Positions 9,763 through 16,845 of a stretch of 63,426 nucleotides of DNA are shown piece by piece. The stretch is from the NCBI GenBank assembly GCA_045544995.1, contig JAZQAE010000112.1, forward strand, positions 1 through 63,426, read 5' to 3'. The notes beneath the pieces are model-generated. The model saw only the letters and a list, made by a program, of their open reading frames with translations, did not search any database and had not been told where the DNA came from. How positions within the stretch are numbered: position 1 is the stretch's first letter; every line of letters begins with the position of its first letter. A program made the translations under genes and the position numbers. The DNA is from Eubacteriales bacterium. Lineage in GTDB: Bacteria > Bacillota > Clostridia > Oscillospirales > QAKW01.

Positions 9763-10577
9763 AACTCATAAACTTTGCAAAAAATCCCTATACCCGGCTT
9801 TTCTTGAACTTTATCTATGCAGTAGCCAACTGTATTTTGGGATTTTGGGAATATTCCTGGTGGTTTATTACGGTAGGTGCGTATTATACCGTGCTTGCGA
9901 TCACAAGATTTTCTGTGTTGCAGGTCAAACGAAAAGCAAGTGGCGACTATGATACCGAGCTTTTTGCACGGCGCATTACAGGAATTTTATTGGTTGTGCT
10001 TTCTTTCTGCATAGTAGGTGTAAACATCCTGTCTACTGTTAAAGATAGAGGCACCGCCTTTCACGAAATTGTAATGATCGCCATTGCAACATACACCTTT
10101 ACCAAAATTACCATCGCCATTATCGGTATGGTAAAAGCAAAAAAATCTGCTTCGCCGGTTTTAAAGACACTCCGTAATATTTGACTCGCTGATGCGTGTG
10201 TTTCTATCTACACCATGCAAAGATCCATGCCGGTGTCTTTTCCAGGGATGGATCCGGCGGAAATCTTATTACTAAACATATTTACGGGAACAGCAGTATG
10301 GATCATCGTACTGCTTCTCGGAATCAATCTGATTGGAGGAAAATATACTATTATGGCTAAATCTAAAATTGTTGAAGCAAACGAGAAGATCGCAGAGGCT
10401 GTAACCGGAGGTTACAAGAAGATCGAAAAAGGCGTTGTGGATGGCTACAAAAAGATCGAGCACGGCGTCGTGGAAGGCTACGCCAAGATCGAAGATAAGT
10501 TCGTAGATGCTTATCTCACCAAAGACGGCGAAACCGTAGAGGAAGCAAAAGCAAGATTAAAGAAAGAGAATAAATAA
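9759..10577 (+). pseudogene. membrane protein interrupted by a single in-frame TGA at 10182-10184
   Basis: ORFs 9759-10184 and 10215-10577 share a frame; read-through gives KTLRNI*LADACVSIYTMQRSM with continued TM character. Confidence 0.7.
10353..10577 (+). CDS. 74-aa protein with 11-residue amphipathic repeats
   Basis: ATG 10353 preceded by GGAGGA; VTGGYKKIEKG/VVDGYKKIEHG/VVEGYAKIEDK. Confidence 0.65.
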   Translation: MAKSKIVEANEKIAEAVTGGYKKIEKGVVDGYKKIEHGVVEGYAKIEDKFVDAYLTKDGETVEEAKARLKKENK

Positions 10578-10581
10578 GAAA

Positions 10582-10617
10582 ACGGCGGCAGGGAAACGTT
10601 AAGTTCCCTGCCGCCGT
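10582..10617. terminator. bidirectional intrinsic terminator
   Basis: ACGGCGGCAGGGAA-N8-TTCCCTGCCGCCGT between convergent units. Confidence 0.85.
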
Positions 10618-10686
10618 GCTTCTTTAGTTATAAATTGTATCTCACCGCTACGGATGTTATTCATTTGCAATTTGCTACCGCAACAT

Positions 10687-11474
10687 AATAAACGCCTCGC
10701 TGCATCTGCCACCGGCAGCGCAAAATATAAAAGCCTTGCCCCTTCGGGCAAAGCTTTGAATAAGGTGCCCAGCTGGCGGTTTCCCGAAATAATCTGCGGG
10801 CTTACGCTTTCCTTGATTATTTCGACCGCTGCACAATACACGCCTCGCTGCATCTGCCACCGGCAGCGCAAAATATAAAAGCCTTGCCCCTTCGGGCAAG
10901 GCTTTGAATAAGGTACCCAGTTTGCGGTTCCCCGAAATAATCTGCGGGCTTACGCCTTTCCTTGATTATTTCGACCGCGGCGCAATAAACGCCTCGCTGC
11001 ATCTGCCACCGGCAGCGCAAAATATTAAAGCCTTGCCCCAAGGGACAAGGCTTTGAATAATGTACCCAGCTGGCGGTTTCCCGAAATAATCTGCGGGCTT
11101 ACGCTTTCCTTGATTATTTCGACCGCGGCGCAATAAACGCCTCGCTGCATCTGCCACCGGCAGCGCAAAATATAAAAGCCTTGTCCCTTGGGACAAGGCT
11201 TTGAATAAGGTACCCAGCTGGCGGTTTCCCGAAATAATCTGCGGGCTTACGCTTTCCTTGATTATTTCGACCGCTGCACAATAAACGCCTCGCTGCATCT
11301 GCCACCGGCAGCGCAAAATATTAAAGCCTTGTCCCTTGGGACAAGGCTTTGAATAAGGTACCCAGCTGGCGGTTTCCCGAAATAATCTGCGGGCTTACGC
11401 TTTCCTTGATTATTTCGACCGCAGCGCAATAAACGCCTCGCTGCATCTGCCACCGGCAGCGCTCGGCGTTTATT
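10687..11474. repeat. tandem array of a 148-bp multi-hairpin unit (5 full copies plus a partial sixth)
   Basis: Unit starts at 10687, 10835, 10984, 11132, 11280, 11428; near-identical copies; three internal inverted repeats per unit. Confidence 0.97.
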
Positions 11475-12471
11475 CCCACTCGATGGTGCCGGTGGGCTTC
11501 GGGGTCAAATCGTAGAGAACGCGGTTGATCCCTTCCACCTCGTCGGTAATACGAGTCACGATCTTATGCAGAACCGCATAGGGGATCTCCTCGATGGTGG
11601 CGGTCATGGCGTCGGTGGTATTGACGGCACGAATGATGGCAGGCCAACCTTCATAACGGCTATCGTCCTTCACACCCACGCTCTTAATATCGGGAATGAT
11701 CACGAAATACTGCCAAACCTTCCCTGCCAGGCCGTTCAAATCGAACTCTTCCCGGAGGATAGCATCGGCCTCACGCAAAGCGTTCAGGCGATCCCGGGTG
11801 ATGGCACCCAGGCAACGGACACCCAGGCCGGGGCCGGGGAACGGCTGACGATAAACCATAGCATGAGGAAGGCCCAGCGCCTCGCCCACCACACGAACTT
11901 CGTCCTTAAAGAGCAGTTTGATGGGTTCCACCAGATCAAACTTCAGATCCTCCGGCAGGCCGCCCACGTTATGGTGAGACTTCACGGCCTTCTTGCCTTC
12001 TGCCTGCTTAATGCTCTCCAAAATATCAGGATAGATAGTACCCTGAGCCAGGAAATCAATATCCTCGAGTTTTCTGGCCTCATCTGCGAATACATTAATA
12101 AATTCAGCGCCGATGATCTTTCTCTTCTTCTCGGGATCGGCCACGCCGGCCAAAAGATCCAGGAAACGATCGGTGGCATCTACGTAGATCAAGTTTGCAT
12201 CCAGTTCGCCCTTAAACAGCTTGATCACGTTTTCAGACTCATCTTTCCGCATCAAGCCATGGTTTACATGGACACAGACCAACTGTTTGCCGATGGCCTT
12301 GATCAACAGGGCGGCAACAACGGAAGAATCCACACCGCCGGAAAGTGCCAACAGCACTTTTTTATCGCCGACCTGCGCACGGACGGCCTCTACCTGCTCT
12401 GCAATAAATGCATCGGCAAGTTCTTTATTGGTAATACGAGCCATAGACTCAGGACGTACATTAGTATCCAT
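11470..12471 (-). CDS. guaA: GMP synthase ATP-pyrophosphatase and dimerisation domains only (no glutaminase domain)
   Basis: PP-loop ALSGGVDSS, KSHHNVGG, PFPGPGLGVR, C-terminal KPTGTIEWE; only 333 aa. Confidence 0.93.
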   Translation of the reverse strand: MDTNVRPESMARITNKELADAFIAEQVEAVRAQVGDKKVLLALSGGVDSSVVAALLIKAIGKQLVCVHVNHGLMRKDESENVIKLFKGELDANLIYVDATDRFLDLLAGVADPEKKRKIIGAEFINVFADEARKLEDIDFLAQGTIYPDILESIKQAEGKKAVKSHHNVGGLPEDLKFDLVEPIKLLFKDEVRVVGEALGLPHAMVYRQPFPGPGLGVRCLGAITRDRLNALREADAILREEFDLNGLAGKVWQYFVIIPDIKSVGVKDDSRYEGWPAIIRAVNTTDAMTATIEEIPYAVLHKIVTRITDEVEGINRVLYDLTPKPTGTIEWE

Positions 12472-12487
12472 TTTATTGTCCTCCTTA

Positions 12488-13690
12488 TCAGTTGGTGTAG
12501 TTATCGAAGTAGCCCTGAACCAGAACCACGGGAGTTCCCTTATCGCCGGAACCGCTGGTCAGGTCACAGAGAGAACCGATCAAGTCGGTTAGCTGACGGG
12601 GGGTGGTACCCTGAGCCGCCATATTACCCACCAAGCTGGAGCCATCCTTGGCCTTGATGGACTCGGAGATGGCCTTTTTCAGTTCCTCACCGGACAGATC
12701 CTTATAATCATTATCTGCCAGATATTTCAGTTTCAATTCGTTGGGCGTACCGATCAGACCGTCGGTAAAAGCAGGAGAAACAACGGGGTCTGCCAGTTCC
12801 CAAATTTTACCCTTGGGATCTTTAAAGGCGCCGTCGCCGTAAACCATAACTTCCACGTGCTTCCCGGTCTCCTTAAGGATACGAGCCTGGATATCCAGAA
12901 CCAGATCCTTACACTCACGGGGGAAGAGTTTTACCTTATCCTCGGTGGATTTATTGGAGCCCAGAAGGCCGTACTTTTCATTACAACCGCTGCCATTGAC
13001 GGGGGCGTTCAGGATCTCATCCAGACCGCAAACGACCTTGGCGCCGTTCTCCAGCAGGATCCGCTTGGTACGGGCACGGGTATGAATGTCACAGTTAATA
13101 ATATGATCGGCATAGTCGAGGATCGCCTTCGCCTGATTAGCGAAGATGATCTCCACCTCAGCACCGCAGGAACGAACCAGGTCGGTGTACAGCTCAACAT
13201 AGTCCACACCGGTAAACTCCAGTTTCTGCACGCCGAACACTTCACGATAACGCTCCAAAGAAAGAACGTCGGAATAGGGATTGATGCCTGCTTCGTCGAT
13301 CAGATCCAACGTAGCCAGAGAGTTTCCTACTTCGTCGGTAGGATAGCTGAGCATGATCACGAGTTTCTTACAGCCCTTTGCAATACCTCTCAGGCAGATC
13401 GAAAAACGGTTCCGGGAGAGGATGGGGAAAATGACACCTACGGTGCCGCCGCCCAACTTCGCCTTTACGTCAGCGGCAATATCCTCTACAGTTGCATAGT
13501 TGCCCTGTGCTCTTGCCACGATAGACTCGGTCAGCGCAATTACGTCCCGGTCTCTCAGTTCAAATCCGTCAGACTCACTGGCGGCCAATACGCTTTCTGT
13601 TACGATGGCGGCCAAGTCATCCCCTTCACGGATGATCGGGCAACGAATGCCCCGGGAAATTGTACCGACTCTGCGTTCTTTTGTTTCCAT
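12488..13690 (-). CDS. CofE/F420-0:gamma-glutamyl ligase-like (DUF129) protein
   Basis: PIIREGDDLA, TESIVARAQG, DLIGSLCDLTSGSGDKGTPVVLVQG resemble CofE N- and C-terminal motifs. Confidence 0.8.
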   Translation of the reverse strand: METKERRVGTISRGIRCPIIREGDDLAAIVTESVLAASESDGFELRDRDVIALTESIVARAQGNYATVEDIAADVKAKLGGGTVGVIFPILSRNRFSICLRGIAKGCKKLVIMLSYPTDEVGNSLATLDLIDEAGINPYSDVLSLERYREVFGVQKLEFTGVDYVELYTDLVRSCGAEVEIIFANQAKAILDYADHIINCDIHTRARTKRILLENGAKVVCGLDEILNAPVNGSGCNEKYGLLGSNKSTEDKVKLFPRECKDLVLDIQARILKETGKHVEVMVYGDGAFKDPKGKIWELADPVVSPAFTDGLIGTPNELKLKYLADNDYKDLSGEELKKAISESIKAKDGSSLVGNMAAQGTTPRQLTDLIGSLCDLTSGSGDKGTPVVLVQGYFDNYTN

Positions 13691-13809
13691 TGCTTTCAGA
13701 TCCCTTCTTTATAAACCCTAAAATTTAAAAACTACCGAAAAATATTTTACTGCAACAAACGGCGCAAATCAATATTTTTTTGAAAATTTATTCAAAAATC
13801 CAAATAAAA

Positions 13810-14736
13810 TCACTCAAAAAGCGGGGTTGAGAAGTACCGTTCCGCCGTATCCGGCAATACAGTCACCACCGTCTTTCCCTTACCGAGCTTCTTCGCCAGT
13901 TTGATAGCGGCCGCCACGTTGGTGCCGCTGCTGATACCGCACATGATGCCTTCTTTTGCCGCCAGATCCTTGGATGCCTGAATGGCTTCCTCATCTTTAA
14001 CGATACAAACGTCATCATAGATCTCTTGATTCAGAATAGCAGGGATCACACCATCTCCGATCCCCATCTGCACGTGGGTACCGATGGAACCGCCGGAAAG
14101 AATGGCAGCATTTTCAGGCTCCACCGCCCAGATCGTCATATCGGGGTTGGCCGCCTTCAAGGTCTCGCCGATACCGGTGATGGTACCGCCGGTTCCGATT
14201 CCGGAGCAAAAGCCATGAATGGGGCCGTTTACCTGCTCCAGAATTTCCCGGCCGGTCTGCTGACGCTGGATCGCCGGATTGGCCGGATTTTCAAACTGCT
14301 GAGGAACGAAGACCTTCGGGTCTTCCTCTTTCATTCTCAAAGCCAAAGCCAGACACTCCTCGATACAAGCACCGATATTGCCGGCGTCATGCACCAAGAT
14401 CACTTCTGCGCCATAATGACGCACCAATTTCCGCCGTTCCTCACTGACCGAGTCCGGCATAATGATCTTGACCTGATAGCCACGCACAGCACCTACCAAT
14501 GCAAGGCCGATCCCCTGATTTCCGCTGGTCGGTTCCACGATGATGCTATCCGGGCTGATCAACCCTTTTGCTTCAGCGTCTAGAATCATATTGTAGGCCG
14601 TACGGGTCTTGATGGAACCGCCCACGTTCAGGCCTTCAAATTTCACCAAAATCTCCGCCCCATCCGGATCCACCATATGCTGAAGACGGATGATGGGCGT
14701 ATCGCCCATGGCTTCTAAAATCGTATTGCAAATCAT
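13810..14736 (-). CDS. cysK: cysteine synthase A
   Basis: PLP lysine GGSIKTR, PTSGNQG, QQFENPAN, GTGGT, PDTAERY; start placed at ATG 14736 behind GGAG. Confidence 0.88.
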   Translation of the reverse strand: MICNTILEAMGDTPIIRLQHMVDPDGAEILVKFEGLNVGGSIKTRTAYNMILDAEAKGLISPDSIIVEPTSGNQGIGLALVGAVRGYQVKIIMPDSVSEERRKLVRHYGAEVILVHDAGNIGACIEECLALALRMKEEDPKVFVPQQFENPANPAIQRQQTGREILEQVNGPIHGFCSGIGTGGTITGIGETLKAANPDMTIWAVEPENAAILSGGSIGTHVQMGIGDGVIPAILNQEIYDDVCIVKDEEAIQASKDLAAKEGIMCGISSGTNVAAAIKLAKKLGKGKTVVTVLPDTAERYFSTPLFE

Positions 14737-14802
14737 AGGGTTCTCCATTTCATCAAAAACATACACTTTATTATATAGGAAAATGTAGAATTTGGCAATA
14801 GA

Positions 14803-14830
14803 AAAAGCAGAGTTTTTCAACTCTGCTTTT
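14803..14830 (-). terminator. intrinsic terminator after degV
   Basis: AAAAGCAGAGTT-TTTC-AACTCTGCTTTT. Confidence 0.7.
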
Positions 14831-14832
14831 CT

Positions 14833-14883
14833 CAGACTTTCAAAAAAGGCACAAACCGCAGGAAAAGAACTTTTGAAAGTCTG
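14833..14883. repeat. 51-bp mini-element with 13-bp perfect terminal inverted repeats
   Basis: CAGACTTTCAAAA...TTTTGAAAGTCTG; same end sequence as the element at 28689-28927. Confidence 0.55.
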
Positions 14884-14884
14884 T

Positions 14885-15772
14885 TTAATCTACCCGTTCT
14901 TTACCCCAGAAGAAGAGGGCTACGGTACCCGGGCCGGTATGGCTTCCGATGGTGGTACCGATATTGTTGATAACCACCTTCCCGTTCAGTTTGGGAAACT
15001 TGGCCTCCACAATATCTGCCACCTCACGGGCATCCTCGTAGCAAGCGGAATTACACATATAGCACTTTCCGCTATAGTCCAATCCACCCTCGGCATTTTC
15101 CTCCATCTGCTGCACGATCGCCTTAATAACGGCTGCCTTTCCGCGAATCTTTTTGCGGGGAATCAGTTTTCCATCGTTACTGACGTTCAGCAAGGGGCAA
15201 ATATTCAATACCGTGCCAAACCACCCGGAAACCTTAGAAACACGACCGCCCTTCACAAAGAAGGTCAGATCGGTAGTGAAGAACCAATGATGCATTTTGC
15301 GCTTATTTTCTTCTACCCAGTTATAAAGAGCATCGATTTCCATTCCCTCATCCCGCTTATCAGCCAGGGTATCCATGATCAGACCGAAGCCGGAGGAGGC
15401 CGCCAAGGAATCTACAATATAAAGTTTTCGGTCGGGAAATTCCGCACGCAAAACTTCCCCGGCGATCCGGGCAGAATTAGCGGAACCGGAAATGCCGGAA
15501 GACAAACAAACGTGGAGCACGTCTTTTCCTTCCTCCAGGAATTTCCGGAAATAATTTTCATATTCATCCACATTGACCTGGGAGGTACGGGTCTCAGCTC
15601 CGTCCACCATCTTTTGATAAAACTGATCAAAGGGAATGGTTTTCCCCAAATCATCAGGATATTGCACTCCATCAATCTCATAATGGAAACAAATATATTG
15701 GATATTCCGCTCGGCAAAATGCTCGGCAGAAAGATCGGCAGTCGAACAACAACTCAAGATATAATCTTGCAT
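14885..15772 (-). CDS. DegV-family fatty-acid-binding protein
   Basis: STADL, TSQV, LSSGISGS, GGRVS, IGSHTGPG motifs. Confidence 0.95.
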   Translation of the reverse strand: MQDYILSCCSTADLSAEHFAERNIQYICFHYEIDGVQYPDDLGKTIPFDQFYQKMVDGAETRTSQVNVDEYENYFRKFLEEGKDVLHVCLSSGISGSANSARIAGEVLRAEFPDRKLYIVDSLAASSGFGLIMDTLADKRDEGMEIDALYNWVEENKRKMHHWFFTTDLTFFVKGGRVSKVSGWFGTVLNICPLLNVSNDGKLIPRKKIRGKAAVIKAIVQQMEENAEGGLDYSGKCYMCNSACYEDAREVADIVEAKFPKLNGKVVINNIGTTIGSHTGPGTVALFFWGKERVD

Positions 15773-15874
15773 AAGTACCTCCAAATGGATTATATTAGAT
15801 TACTTATTATTATATCGACCGATCTTTGCAGTTTCAATCGAATGAGAGATTATTTAATCTATTTTTAATCTTTC

Positions 15875-16210
15875 TCACAGCCCCAGACTAACCTGCAACC
15901 CCCGATCCACCTGTTCCATGGTGGCAGGACTGATATGACCCATCTTCTCCTTCAAACGGATCTTATCCAATGTACGCACCTGCTCTAAAAGGATCATGGA
16001 TTTACGTTGGAGTCCACAGGTCTCCTCAATATTGATATGGGTCGGCAGACGGCCTTTATCCACCTTACTGGTAATGGCGGCGGCAATCACGGTGGGGCTA
16101 TACCGATTGCCAATGTCGTTTTGTACGATCAGCACCGGCCTCAAGCCCCCTTGCTCACTTCCCACCACCGGTGAAAGGTCTGCATAATAAATATCACCAC
16201 GTTTGATCAT
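15875..16210 (-). CDS. mazF: PemK/MazF (NdoA-like) endoribonuclease toxin
   Basis: [35 protein letters not shown]...[11 protein letters not shown]. Confidence 0.95.
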   Translation of the reverse strand: MIKRGDIYYADLSPVVGSEQGGLRPVLIVQNDIGNRYSPTVIAAAITSKVDKGRLPTHINIEETCGLQRKSMILLEQVRTLDKIRLKEKMGHISPATMEQVDRGLQVSLGL

Positions 16211-16307
16211 CGCTTTTTATCCTTTCGGTTTGGTAACATTATTATTTACAGTTTTACTTCCCTTAATTCAGTCTACGATGAAAAAATCCGATGGTGAAAA
16301 ACCGAAA

Positions 16308-16342
16308 AAAACACCCGTGAATTTGATTTTCACGGGTGTTTT
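16308..16342. terminator. intrinsic terminator
   Basis: AAAACACCCGTGAA-N7-TTCACGGGTGTTTT. Confidence 0.8.
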
Positions 16343-16345
16343 CAT

Positions 16346-16786
16346 TTAATAAAAATTATGGAAAAAGAATTGCGACACGCTTTCTTTCATCAAGAGATAC
16401 ACCAAAAACATCGAGACAGTCATCGTCGTCAAAAAGGCCAGAACAGCCAGGATCAGACCGGCGATCGCCATCCCTTTTCCCTGCTTTTTAACGATTCCGA
16501 CAATGCCGAATACCGCCGCCAGAATCTCCGGCACAAAGGTCAAAAACGGAATCCAGCCGAAAATAAAGCTGACCAGACCGGTCACCAACGCCAAAATCCC
16601 CATCAAGTTACTTTGGGACTGAACCGGCTGCGGGATACTGGTATAAGAATAGGGGCTCGGCTCTTTGGCCGGCGCTTCCGGTTCGGGAGCAGGCTCCTGC
16701 TTGGGCATTGCATTCACCGGCATTCCGCATTTTTCGCAATAAAGATCTCCGTCTTTTAATTGATGTCCGCAATTATAACAAAACAA
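16346..16786 (-). CDS. zinc-ribbon plus DUF4190-like membrane protein
   Basis: CxxCG..CxxCG, Pro-rich linker, TM helices with GMAIAGLIL; TTG start behind AAGGAGGT. Confidence 0.8.
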   Translation of the reverse strand: MFCYNCGHQLKDGDLYCEKCGMPVNAMPKQEPAPEPEAPAKEPSPYSYTSIPQPVQSQSNLMGILALVTGLVSFIFGWIPFLTFVPEILAAVFGIVGIVKKQGKGMAIAGLILAVLAFLTTMTVSMFLVYLLMKESVSQFFFHNFY

Positions 16787-16816
16787 CAGTAAAACCTCCT
16801 TCACTTCGTTGCAACC

Positions 16817-16845
16817 ATTATATTAGAAAAGAGACAGCGTGTCAA
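16817..16845 (-). promoter_or_regulatory. consensus sigma-A promoter overlapping the kinase stop codon
   Basis: TTGACA-17-TATAAT on minus strand. Confidence 0.8.

Noticed and set aside
10182..10184. Selenocysteine recoding of the in-frame TGA
   Set aside because: No redox motif or convincing SECIS hairpin; a nonsense mutation or sequencing error is simpler.
1..10600. Definite genomic island integrated at guaA
   Set aside because: Gene content looks accessory, but no integrase, att duplication or transfer gene is visible in the window; kept only as a hypothesis.
10599..11453. Cluster of short overlapping ORFs across the 148-bp array
   Set aside because: The unit length is not a multiple of 3, so the same peptides recur in rotating frames; no SD; by-product of the repeat.
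10687..11474. CRISPR or guide-RNA array interpretation
   Set aside because: Units are near-identical over their whole length with no unique spacers, and no cas-like gene is in the window.
13691..13809. Purine riboswitch upstream of the CofE-like/guaA operon
   Set aside because: Short AT-rich region with no recognisable aptamer core.
16835..16845. CAGCGTGTCAA match to the palindrome end at 28645
   Set aside because: Better explained as the TTGACA -35 box of a perfect promoter; no partner repeat nearby.
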